From NCBI RefSeq assembly GCF_036321535.1, contig NC_087437.1:13270001-13334000 (forward strand): DNA of 64,000 nucleotides. The letters are read 5' to 3'. The number at the start of each line of letters is the position of its first letter. Position 1 is the first letter of the stretch. A program made the translations under genes and the position numbers. The notes under the pieces were generated by a model. It worked only from the letters and a program-made list of their open reading frames with translations. It searched no databases and was not told the DNA's origin. Below are positions 38,393 through 50,660 of this stretch, in pieces. Origin of the DNA: Camelus dromedarius. Lineage: Eukaryota.

Positions 38393-39070
38393 GTATGGAG
38401 ATTCCTCAAAAGACTAGGAATAGACTTACCATTTGACCCAGGAATCCCACTCCTGGGCATATATTTAGAAGGAACCCTACTTCAAAAAGACATCTGCACC
38501 CCAATGTTCATAGCAGCACTATTTACAAAAGCCAAGACGTGGAAATAGCCTAAATGTCCATCGACAGATGACTGAATAAAGAAGATTGTGGTATATTTAT
38601 ATGATGGAATACTATTCAGCCATAAAAACAACAACATAATGCCATTTGCAGCAACATGGATGTTCCTGGAGAACGTCATTCTAAGTGAAGTAATCCAGAA
38701 AGAGAGGAAAATACCATATGAGATCGCTCATATGTAGAATCTTAAAAAAAAAAAAAGAACATAAATACAAAACAGAAACAGACTCATAGACAGAATACAA
38801 ACTTGTGGTTGCCAGAGAGGAGGGGGGTGGGAAGGGACAGACTGGGTTTTCAAAATTTGCAGATACTGACAGGCATATGCAGAATAGATAAACAAGATTA
38901 TACTGTATAGCACAGGGAGATATATATAAGATCTTGTAGTAGCTCACAGTGAAAAAAAATGTGACAATGGATATATATATGTTCATGTATAACTGAAAAT
39001 TGTGCTGTACACTGGAAATTGACACAACATTGCAAACTGACTATAACTCAATAAAAAATAAATAAATAAA
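38393..39070 (+). mobile_element. Young 5'-truncated camelid L1 3' end
   Basis: Homologous to about 14128-14778. 20-bp TSD aataatatttga(g/c)ttttaca at 38373-38392 and 39071-39090. Confidence 0.95.
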
Positions 39071-39372
39071 AATAATATTTGACTTTTACATGGAAATGTG
39101 ATTTTTATAGGTGTGTTTACTTTCTATAGAAAAGCAGTGTATGCTTATTGTAGAATATATAGAAAATACAGAAACTTATAGAAAGGAAAATAAAAAGAAT
39201 CACATCACCAGATGTAATAACTGTAATTATGTTAAAACATTTCTGTCAATACATTTTTTATTTTTGATTGGTTTTGTTTTTGATTTTTTTATGTAGTCAA
39301 GTTCATGTTAATATACAATTTTATAATAAGATATCGTAACTTTGATCTTTAACACATATTTCTCCATCTATT

Positions 39373-39665
39373 TTTTAACACTTTTTATTGATTTATAATC
39401 ATTTTACAATGTTGTGTCAAATTCCACTGTAGAGCACAATTTTTCAATTATATATGAACATATATATATTCATTGTCACATTCCTTTCTCTGTGAGCTAC
39501 CATAAGATCTTATGTATATTTCCCTGTGCTGTACAGTATAATCTTGTTTATCTATTCTACAATTTTGAAACCCCAGTCTATCTCTTCCCACCCCCCACCC
39601 CCTTGGCAACAAGTCTGTATTCTATGTCTATAAGTCTATTTCTGTTCTGTATTTATGCTTTTTTT
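39373..39665 (-). mobile_element. Young camelid L1 3'UTR fragment
   Basis: Reverse complement of the same 3'UTR. Perfect TSD tttctccatctatt at 39359-39372 and 39666-39679. Confidence 0.95.
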
Positions 39666-39740
39666 TTTCTCCATCTATTAAAAAATACTTAAAAACATTA
39701 TTTTAATTGGTACATATCATGGTATACATTTATGTAACCT

Positions 39741-39927
39741 TTCTTTTCTTTTCTTTTTTGTTTACTTGTTTTAGTTTTTTTGTGTGTGTTTTCTTTTTGG
39801 AGGGGGCAGAGAGGTAATTAGGTTTGTCTGTTTGTTTATTTATTTATGGAGGAGGTACTGGGGATTGAACCCAGGACCTAATGCATGCCAAACGTGCGTT
39901 CTACCACTTGAGCTATACCCTCCCTCC
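39741..39927 (-). mobile_element. Camelid tRNA-derived SINE (vic-1 type)
   Basis: gaggtaattaggttt...gtactggggattgaacccaggacct...ctaccacttgagctataccctccc. Confidence 0.9.
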
Positions 39928-40849
39928 TTATTTTTTTTAAATATTAGACTTCCTTCTATTTTTAAAAAATATTTTAAGTAACATGGCAATAAACATCTAT
40001 TGCATAAAACCTTTTTTTGAATTTGATGTTTCTTCTTTTCAGTATATTTCTGAAAATTATTGGATCAATGGGCATAAGCATTTTAAGGCAAATTGCATTC
40101 CAAAAGGAATACACCTGTTTGCTCACCTGTGAGTACCTTTTTCCCACTGTCTGTCTGGCTCTGAGACCTGTGGTGTTCATTTTCCCCTTTCTCAATTAAA
40201 AAGTTCTTGACATTCACATCAACTTTTCTTTGCTCTCAATAGAAGGACAGCAAAGCCCAAAAGGAGGCACTCTAAGACATAATCCCAGAAACTTTAGTTA
40301 GGAAATGAGTGTTGAAGATAAATGAGACCACTCAGGTCCCTAACACATGCACAGGGTGCTTGGAAGGGGTCAGAATATGAAAAGGGGCTAATGTCTGTCT
40401 CTAGAAAAAAGAGACAAGAATTAACTTCAAAAAGGTGAACAAAGTGTTTGATTTCTCACTCGAAAATCCAGTAGTCTCATTTCAATCAATGAGGAATAGA
40501 ATGCAATTTCTGAAACTTCCAAAGGAATTTGGTAGTAGGAAAAAAAAAATCTTTAGTTCTAAGTTCCTTCTAGAACTCTTTCTTGCTTTCCCCAGAGTCA
40601 GAAGTGTCATCAGCTTTTGAAGGTGATTGATCCCTCTGGGGCTTGTGAAACTCCTCCTCCACACCCTGGTTTCACACTCAGGTTCAAGGCTTTACAGGTA
40701 ACTTTCAGGTTGATCTTCCACCGTTAGGGTTCAGGCTCTCGCACAGTAGCTCAACCAAATTCTCCCACCTCAGTTATTACCAGGACCCCAAAAGCCTTTC
40801 TTGCAATGATTACCAGCTGTTACTTTCCAGTCTGAAAACCTTTCTCCCA

Positions 40850-41945
40850 ATAACTGTCTCCTTGGAAAGTTAACTACTCTTAAAACACTAGAGAATGTTT
40901 GCCTGCGTTAAAATGTTATATAACTACCACACAGTATATATGCTTTACGTTAGCCTTCCTTCATTCAACTTATACTTGCTTTTGTGTTTTTACCTGTAAT
41001 GAGTTTGTTCATTTTTTATTGCTGAATAGTATTTCATTATATAAATATATCACAACTTATTTATCCATTATATTATTGATGGACATTGGGGTCATTGCCA
41101 CTTTGGAGCTATTATGAATAGTGCTGCTATGAAAATTTTTGTGTATGTCTTCTGGTGAGTATACGTATGTATTTGGGAAAGTACATCATAGAAGTAAAAT
41201 TACTTGATCATAAGAGATGCAAAAGTATTAACTTCAGTAACTACTTCCAAACATCTGTCAAAGAGGTTATACTAATATACACTTCCACCAATGATGTATC
41301 AAAAGTTCAGTTGTTTCATATCATTCACCAGCACCCAGTATAAGTATTTACCTGTCTTTTAATTTTTCCCATCTTGTTGGGTATATTATGACATTGGATT
41401 GTGGTTTTAATTTTTATTTTTTTATTGGCCAATGGATTGTTCACCATTACATATGTTTACTGGCTGCTTATACATCTTTTGTAAAATAGCTATTGAACTA
41501 TTTTCTCTTTTTTTTAGATTTCTCTCTTTGTCTTATGATATATAGGAGATTTTTGTGTATTCTGGAAACATCTTCTTTCAAATATATGTATTGTATTTCA
41601 AGTACCTTATCTCATAATCTTGTTCTTTGACATTTTTCTGTCTTTTGATGAATAGAAGTTTATAATTTTAATATAGTCCAATTGATAAATTTTCCTTCAT
41701 AGTTAATACTTTCTGCATCTTACTTAAGAAATCTTTGCTTACTCCAGGCTTATAAAGATATTCCCCTGTGTTTTATTTTAAAAGTGTTTTGTTTTACTTT
41801 TCACATTTGGATAGCCATTCATCTGGATTTTTAAAATGATGTGAAATTGTGGTCCGAATTCACTTTTTCCTTATGGTAGCTAATTGACTCCATACAACTT
41901 ACTGCAGAGCACTGTCACCTTTGTCATTTATCAACTGACCATAGA
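40850..41945 (-). mobile_element. Old L1ME-type fragment
   Basis: ttgctgaatagtatttcatt...gatggacattggg...tcttttgatgaatagaagttt...ttaagaaatctttgcttac. Confidence 0.75.
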
Positions 41946-41954
41946 ATGTGACAG

Positions 41955-42265
41955 ACTTAAGTTTTAAAATGTCGCTTTGGCCACAAGGCAGAAAATGGAG
42001 GCGGGTTGCGGAAAGAATGGCCATGGGCAGGTCAGGCAGGAGACTTCTGTAACAGTACAGGAGGAAATGGTGGTGCTTCAGTTAGGAAGCTAGCAACAGT
42101 GGTGGCAAAGGGATAGATTCATCTGACATATGCTTTCAAGGTCAATAAACAGTATTAAATGGAGAATGAGACAGAGGGAGGTGAGAAAGAGGAAGGCAAT
42201 GAAAAAGTACTTTCATGATCCTGGTTGAAATATCAAGGTGATGGTGATGCCGTTCACTGAGATTA
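41955..42265 (-). mobile_element. L2 fragment
   Basis: gttttaaaatgtcgctttggcc...gatggtgatgccgttcactgagat. Confidence 0.6.
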
Positions 42266-42334
42266 AAGGTTTTTTGATCATCTTAATTGATTTTTCAAGA
42301 TTTACATCTTTCAGACCAGAAGGTTTTTACAATG

Positions 42335-42700
42335 CCACCAATAACTTATAGAATGGCTCTCCTGACACCCTGATTTTAGATTTTTAGCTTCCAGAAATAT
42401 GAAAGACTAAACTACCAGGTTTTTTCAGTCTTGAGGTATAACTGACAAATAGAAATCATATATATTTAAGTTGTACACTTGATATTTATGTATACATTGT
42501 GAAATAATCATAATTAAGGGAATTAACAGATCCATCACCTTCTATAGTAAACATTTCCTATCTTTTTTTGTGTGTGTGTGGTGAAAACAAGTTAACAATA
42601 CTGTATACATGAAATTTGCTGAGGATGAATCTTAAATTTTTGGTGTTTTAAGCCACCAAGTTTGTAATATTTATTAAAGTCATCCTGGGAAGCTAACACA
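42335..42700 (+). mobile_element. MaLR (MLT1) LTR 3' part interrupted by a short 5'-inverted L1 (about 42418-42635)
   Basis: ctgacaccctgattttagatttttagcttccagaa...[L1]...gttttaagccaccaagtttgtaatattt...ctaacaca. Confidence 0.75.
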
Positions 42701-42834
42701 CACACTCTCAAATTTTTCATTATAACAAAAAATGTTTTATTTTAAAGTTTTACAAAAGTTGTGTATGTAATATCATCCCAATTTCTGTGTTTTATTTTTA
42801 TTCATCTTTATATAATATTAAACATATTATATAA

Positions 42835-43122
42835 GGGAACCAAAATGTATGAACTTCCATCTATAAGATAAATAAGTCCTGGGGATGTAAGGTACAGCAT
42901 GGTGACTATGATTAGTGATATTCTATTGCATGTTTGAAAGTTGCTGGGAGTAGATCTTAAAAGTTCTCATCACAATAAAAAAACATAACTATACATTGCA
43001 AAGATATTAACTAGACTTATTATGGTGATCATTTCCCAATATATACAAATATTGAATCACTATATTGTACATCTGAAGCTAATATAATGTTGTACATCAA
43101 TTATACCTCAATTTAAAAAAAT
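42835..43122 (+). mobile_element. L1MA9-like 3' end
   Basis: ataagataaataagtcctggggatgtaaggtacagcatggtgactat...caattatacctcaatttaaaaaa. Confidence 0.8.
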
Positions 43123-45399
43123 AATGCATTTTCAACAAACTCTATATTAATGTACACAAATCCTCTCCAGTTTATTAGTGGATATCAGATAATTATTACA
43201 ATTTTCTATGTGTGCAAGATGTGAAAAAATTTGGGAAACATGGCTCTTATACCTACAAAGACAGTTTATTTTGCAGTCACTGCGAAGAATATTTTATCAA
43301 TTTATTAAATTTAGTTGATAGTTTTTCAAGTCTTCTATATTCCTCATGATTTTTTTTGTCTAGTTGATCTATTATTCTATTATTTATACCCAAGAGCATC
43401 TAAAAAAATTAGATTTGCCTTATGAGGTTGTTACAAACACTCATAAAGGTTTACTAAAATAATAATATTATCATCATTGTTATTATGATGATGAGTCTCA
43501 GTAACAATTACTTTTAGTTTTCTTAGTACTCTACCTCTAGATTTTGGGTCATTTGCAGCTTAAAGCCTTCTAAGAAATCCTGCAAAGGTGTGGATAATAT
43601 AAAACTTTACATAACGGTGTTTTGGGAATAAATAGCACCAAACTGGTGTCCCATCTCTTACCCTGAGAAATGACAACTACAGATGAGATGGAGAATACAA
43701 ACGAGCTATAATACTAGGTTGGGAGGCTGATTTTATGGTGATACCATTAAGTGACATAGAGGGAAAATTAACTGAGCTTTTGCACATCTACTGATTCTAG
43801 GATGAGATGCCCTTGAGTCTTAAAAATAACTACATTTTCTAATTTTGGGAGTAAGTTGGGGATGAAATCTTGCTGAAAAAAATGTACCCTAATTGATTTC
43901 TTTACAAAACACCTCTCTTGTTTTTTCTGCAACTCTACACTCACACCCACCTGGCAGTTTCACTGCCATCTCATCCCAGAGATTTTTGAAAACTGACCTT
44001 AATATATCTGAATAAGCCAAAGGTGCCCTAAATGACCATAGTCCTTGATGCTACACGTGTCTCATTCTGATTATCCAGACCTCATCGTCGCGCAGTTGAG
44101 AGACCTCATTTCTTTGTGTCTCTGTTTTGTGATCTACAATATATTAGAGTTAGACTAGATAGATGAGCTATTGCTTTATGATTCTGGACCCTGGTCTGCT
44201 TCTGTTTCTTCTGTTGCTTATTTAGGCTCTACAATTAATTCTTCTCATAACTTAGATTGACTTAAACCTCTCTCCTCCTCTGGACTTTAATCCCAGAAAT
44301 TGTCACTAATCATGACCCATTTTTTGCCTGCCTGGATCCATTCTAACTGCTATCTTTTAAGCTGTAGGTACCAACAATGTATGCTTTCAAAGACCAGGCA
44401 CGCGATATAAGCCAAGCTGAAAGTCACTGGGAATTACGGGATCTGAGAACACGTACCATGTAGAGACAAAATAAAATAATCTGCTCAAAAAAAAAGTCAA
44501 AGATTGCTTTATTTTTGTCACCTGGACTTTTGTAATCCCTTCAAAACATTTCTTTATATAACTATTATTTTATCTCCAGTGAGAGAAATGCTACAAGTAT
44601 TAATTATGTTTTGATATTACAGTGTGTTCTCTTATTTACTCAGCACTTTGGGTTTAAGTCATCACCAGCATTGACTTCTCTGGCTTTTTATGCTATTTAT
44701 ATAGTCAGTGTCCATAAACGCTTCCTTAAGAACCAGAGACTTCAGATAACAGGACTTTCCTTTATCATGAGGAAATAATACTTTCAGTTGATACAGAATA
44801 AATGGCAAGCATGGATACTGCAAAAGAAATAGTTAAGAAACCCCCAAATTGAAAAATCTACACCAGAAGAGTGGACCCAAGAAAATGCACTCGCTGTGGT
44901 CACCAACTAACCTTGGTTCATGATGACATCACAGAGTGAGTGCTGCTCCCAGAGGGCTGCATCTCCAGGCTCGGAGTCCCAGGGGAGTCAGCCCTTGTCA
45001 TGGTTAAAATGTGAGCAAAGATGAGGTTTGGCTGGCTACCTGCTCCAAGGATCTTCTCAGAACTGACAAACAATTGTTTGTCTAGTCTTCAGCCAATTAT
45101 GATAAATGTCAGTCTAAAAATCTCCCTGGGAAGAAACCACCACGCATTGAGCATTGAAGCTCTTGATTTTAAATGATTAGTAAATTGTCAGTTGTAGTGA
45201 GAGCCAGAGAAAGGTGGAGGATTTTTTTTTTTTTTTTTGCTTTGTCCTGTCATGTTTTTGGTGTGTATTTTTCTCTTATTGCCCCTTTGTATTTCCTGAT
45301 ATATAAAATTCGAGGTCTTACTCACTCATCAATTGAGTAACTACCAAATGATTATTTTATGTTATTATCTGATTCAAGGTTTCCTTATACTCTCCAATC

Positions 45400-47500
45400 T
45401 CAATGTTGAGTCTCCTTTTTGGTTAGTTAAACTTTTTTTCTGGTGAGCTAGTTTATGGTTACCATTCACTTATTCAAAATAGATTTTCGATTCCTGCTCC
45501 CAACCCACAGAAGGGCCACAGAACAAACCCAGATACCAGCTACTCACAGCTCCATAACTGACGGGTCTTAGTGCATGACAATACAGTAGTACCCAGATGG
45601 CCCTGGCCACTGTCCTGAAACCTCTTTGCAGTTACCGTGTTCTTGGCTTTCTCCTACCACTATTGCCCTGCATGGTCCTGATGCTTAAGCCACTAGATCC
45701 TCTTCCCTAGGTCTTTAAATACCAGGTAGATGTTCCAAAGAAGTCCTTTAATGTCGTTTCTCCAAATCTGAAAACTTACAGCTAGTAACCCCATTTTACA
45801 TGGAAGATGAAACCAGCTAGCATAATTTCTTCATCTTTTCTCTTCATTACCCCAGCCAACATACAGCTATCTCTGCAGATTTTCTCTGATCCCACCCAGA
45901 GGTTTAGGAGAGGAGGTATAGCCTTTCCACTTTTGTAACCCGAATCCCTCTGGTAATCTGAATTGTACCTCACTTCATCTACTCAAGGGTTAGTCTTCAA
46001 CTCTTAACCTCTTCTTCTCCAGTAACTAACTTCCCCATTTGACTTCAATCATGCACAGTTCTTCTGTACACAAGAAGCACACATATTTCTTTTCTTGGTC
46101 CTCCAGTCCATTGAATTTTTTTTCCAAACTACTCTCTGTAAGGACACCAGAATCACCTTCTAGTCAAATCCAATAATTTCTAGCTGTTTCTTCCCACCTT
46201 CCTTCTGTATGGCCTATTGGAAATGACAGACTTTGTTGATATCCTAGTAGGTAGAGCAGATGGAGCAGTCCTTCTTAACTGGAGCAAGGGACATGGCACT
46301 GTGTTCCACTCAGCACGATGCTGGCTGCACTGAAGAACCAGGGTCCCATGTTGCTGCCGCAAACTGAGAACTGCAGAATATGAAGAAGCTTATGGATCAA
46401 AATGACAAAGCACGTATTTTTTTTAACCACAGTTTTGGTGCAATGGCTTATTTTTTTTTAATCACTCATCTGCACTATTAATGAAATAATGAGCAAATTG
46501 ACATATACATTAGTCATTAGTAGCACTAAATAATCATAAAAAATATCAACAGACCAGAACCCTGAGTATTTTTACTTCAGTTCAAAGCAATAATGTGAAT
46601 TCGCTCATATGAAAGGGGAGACCTACCTTTGGAGAGATCTTGAGAGAGCTGAGCACCCAGGGGTCAGAATTTTGCTCCAGGTAACTTCTAGCACTGTGGC
46701 AAAATGGAACCTCTCCGCCTAAAAGAGGGACCAGTCCCCTCTCACTCTTTTCATTGCTACTACCCTGATTGGTATGGCTCCTTTATCCCTGGTCTGAATT
46801 TGCAAATACTTCCTAACTAGTGTCCTCACTTCAGTGTTTATTTTTCTAAATTCAACTCTTCACAGAGCAGCCAGTGATTCTATTAAAACATAAAGTCATG
46901 TCATTAATTTGCTTAAAATCTCATGCAGGAAATGCCTAGGCTGTAATAGTGGACCCCAAGACCCTGTACAACCTCACCCAGAACAAGCTAATGGGCTGTG
47001 TGGGTTTTCACTCCGTCAGATCTTGCCTTAGACAATGAGAAGGGAAACAGCTGTACTGGCCGAGTGTTGGCAGGGATGAAGAGAAGGAGGAGACTGGAGA
47101 ATTGGTGACAGCATGATTAAAATAGTTACTTCTAGACACATAAACTGAATCAGGAGAAAGCACAGGAGATAATAGGCTGAAGTGACGTTGCGAGTTGCCC
47201 AAAATGAATACATGGGTTGGAGTGAAACACCACAGCCTTGATTAAATGCGGAGTTAGTGGTGAAGTGGCAGCAATGTGGATCAAGATGGAGTCATGGGAG
47301 GAGGGTGTTTGAGTTAAGGAAACTGAGCTTTGCCCAAGGGCGTGGGCGAGTAGTGGTCTGGAAGGATCATTGTGCAACAAGGAACGAATTAAGCCAACTC
47401 CAGCACGATTGACACATGAAGTTGGAGAGAAAATGTGACTTGAGATGGATGAAAAGGAAGCAGAGTCTTCAAGGATCACCCCTTGTTTCCTTTAAATGAA
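45400..47500. mobile_element. Cluster of degraded L2 fragments (+ at about 45400-46200 and 46740-46980; - at about 47000-47500)
   Basis: L2 motifs tagtcaaatccaat, cacagagcagccagtgatt and gagtcttcaaggatcacc. Confidence 0.5.
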
Positions 47501-48649
47501 GGAGCTGGAGGGGCTGCTCAAGAGACTGAAGAAACAGAGAATATTATTGTGGGGTATTGCCTGTAGCAAATGAAATAAAAGGATTTGGGAGAGAAGGAAG
47601 AGATACATCAAGCGGAAAAGCAAGTTGCAGAAAAGTGTGTGTGTTACAATTCTATTTTAATTAAATATGTATGTCAAACCCCATATCTACATGTGGAAGG
47701 ATGTCAACACCAAAGCCATAACAACAGATTTCAGAAAGTATCCACTGTCAGCATTGTTGTGGGACTATGTGGGCTGGTGCGGGGTTGATAAAAGAATTTA
47801 CCAGAGACAAAGGAGGAAGATAGCAAAGGAGCTTGCTAGATACACTGCTGTAGGCACCTGGGAGGTGTCCATGCGTCCCAAGGTTGCTGAGGTCTTTTAT
47901 AAGGGAGGACAGACATCAACGCCTTGTGCGTATGTGGCCTTGGGCACAATCGAGTGCAGGGTGCGTGCTCAGCTCGTGCACAATTCTCTGATTGGTTGAT
48001 GTTAAGGTAACAGGGAAAGGAAGTGTCATGAAAGCGTAGGGCTGGGGATTCTGGTAGGAAGTTGTGACCAGTCCTGGTGGTCAGGCTTCCGGGCATCTTA
48101 CACATGACCATTATCTCAGCTAAGGCAGGTGTGTGATAGGAAAGAATGTTCTCTGTTATCTTCGAAGGGCAGCAGCCGGGTGCCTGAGGGGCCCTGGAGC
48201 AGGCATCCGCCTCATGTCTGTAGACCCCACAAACAATATGTGTTTCTGTGTTGGTTTTATTTTTAGCAGCTATCGTATATTACCCCTGTGGTCAGAGTAA
48301 ACAAAATATAGTTTTAAAAATTACTTGAAGCAAATCAGAGTGAATATAATTGTGCCTCAGCAAAGATGGAGACTGTCATGGAGTTGTCACATAATTTTAA
48401 GAAGCAGTGATAAGAGTGTTATTCTTCTAGGGGAATGTTCATCTTTTGACTTAGAGGTTTATGGGTAAAGTTATTCTGTTGGATGCAGTAGAGGCAAGTG
48501 CAATAATCTTTTAAGAAATTTTATGTTCTTTGTTAGGACATCACTCAACTTTCTGGAGTGTCAATTTATCAATTAAATTATAGGGTCTTTTGGTTTTGTT
48601 TTGTGTTTTTTAATCTGTCTTTTTTGTGGGTTTTTTTTTTCTCTTGAAG

Positions 48650-48860
48650 AGTTCTGAACTCAAATCTTGGTTCCGCCGGTCACTAGCTTTGTGACCATAG
48701 GTATGTCACTCAATTTTTCTAAACTACAATCTATTTATGTGTAAGATGGAGATAGTAATACCCACCTATAGGTCTGTTGTAAGAATTAAATAAAACAAGA
48801 ATGTTTAAGTGCACAGTACAGTGCCTGGCACTGTAAGCCCTCAATAAACTGAGCCTGTTA
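48650..48860 (+). mobile_element. MIR SINE
   Basis: cactagctttgtgacc...tgtaagatggagatagtaatacccacctataggtctgttgtaagaattaaa...cagtgcctggcac. Confidence 0.8.
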
Positions 48861-49779
48861 GTGGCTATTCCTGTATGAATTAACTCTGAAAACATCGTAA
48901 TATGTCAATTCTTTGTTAATTGCAATGCATTTTCAAAAATTTGACCAAAAATATAAGCATAATAAAATTGTAATATGCAAAAATCTATGCCATTTGTCAA
49001 TAAAATCATTGGTCTTCCTTACTGATTACTATTACTTGGAATTAAAGAGATCTGGAGTTTACAAAAACATTGTAAAATTTGACAAATATTACTGCAAATA
49101 TTCTTGTTGGTATTACTAAATTAAAATTGATCCTTTTTATAACTTCTCTTTATCAGATACGAGGTATCATACTATCCTTTCTAAAGAATTTAATGTAAAA
49201 CCAGAAACGTCTTTGAATGTCTCATTTCTACTCAAGTGATTTTCTTCAAAATCAGAAGACAAAATTTATTTTTTGTCGTTCAAGAGAAATTGTGAATATT
49301 TAAAAAGTTTTAAGGATATCACAGTGAAATGTTATGCCCTCAAGTCTTCAAATATTTCAAAGGCAAAAAAAAAAAAAAAAGATGCTTTTCAGATAAAAAA
49401 AAAAAAATTCAAAGAAAATAAATTCTGAAGAAATAAACTTCATTTTATTGCCTTTCAGCTCTCCCGTGCTCTGTTTTCTTCATCCTTGAATTCTAATTTA
49501 AGGAAATTTGAGACTAGGATATATTAGACTAGAATTTGACAGTGGTGCCTTCTGGGAAAGTGTGATGTTTTAGGCTGATAGACATTATATAAATTTAAAA
49601 CAAAGGATAGTGTTGCAAAAAAAAAAAATGTTATTGGAAACTACAGAAACTACCTGGAGCCAGAGAATCCTAAAAAACAAATAAAATTCCTGAGATTAGG
49701 AAAAGTGGGTCAGTAAGAATGGATTTCATAGCATACCCAGAAAGTGGTTCTGACAACCATCATATCCCGTGGTTACCCA

Positions 49780-50660
49780 TGATTGCAGAGTAAAATACCT
49801 CAACTTAAATGCCTGAAGCAACAGCCATTTTGCATGTTCATAACTCTGAGGGGCAGAAATTAATACCAGCCACAGCAGAAATGACTCATCCTTGCCCCAC
49901 ATGATGTACGCGGGGGCTGGAATATCCAGTCGTGCTCTCTTATTCACATAACTGGACCACCAGCCAGGGCAGCTTGAAAAGCTGGGGCCTCTCCAAGCAT
50001 CAGTCTCTCTGGGAGGATAGAAAGGGCCACCAAAGAGGAGGAGATGATTGCTGTTGTACCAGTTTGGTACCTATATTCCATTTCAGTTTAAGGGGTTAGA
50101 GAAATTAAGTCCATATTCTGTTGGAGAAGTAAAAAAGAATTTAGCGTCTTCTTAAGTCCAGTACAGCAGAGGTTAAATTCTGTCTGCTGAAGGATCTTAG
50201 TAAGTATTTTGAAAAAAGGAAGTAGATTTTATTTTATAGAAATTGGCATTAAAGCAATGAGCACTTCAAGGACAATTTCTTGTCTTCAGATTCTCATTAC
50301 TGAGTCCTGTGGCTGGCACACTGCAAGCATTTAATAAGTGGAAGTTAAGAGAATGAATACATTTTGTAAATAAGTGTGTTTCAGTGCAGGCTAGGTTATG
50401 CTGTTGTAAGAAATAACCCCCAAATCTTACAAGCTGTTGTAGGTGAGTTAAAGCTCTGCTCTAAGTTGCTATCATTCTGGAACCCAGACTGAAGGAACAG
50501 GCTCTCTTCGGGACATTGCTAGCTTTGTGGAAGAGGGAGAAGAGAAAGTGACAAGCTCAAATGGCTCTTGAAGCTTCACCTGGAAATGGCACCTGCTACT
50601 TCTGCTCGCATTCCACTGGCCAAGCCTGACTGCAAGAAGGCAAGGATGTTGTTGGGCTGC
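49780..50660 (-). mobile_element. Two old MaLR LTR fragments (MLT1J/K/L-like; about 49780-50165 and 50375-50660)
   Basis: aaaatacctcaacttaaatgcctgaagcaacagccattt; ctaggttatgctgttgtaagaaataacccccaaatct...cattccactggccaag. Confidence 0.6.
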
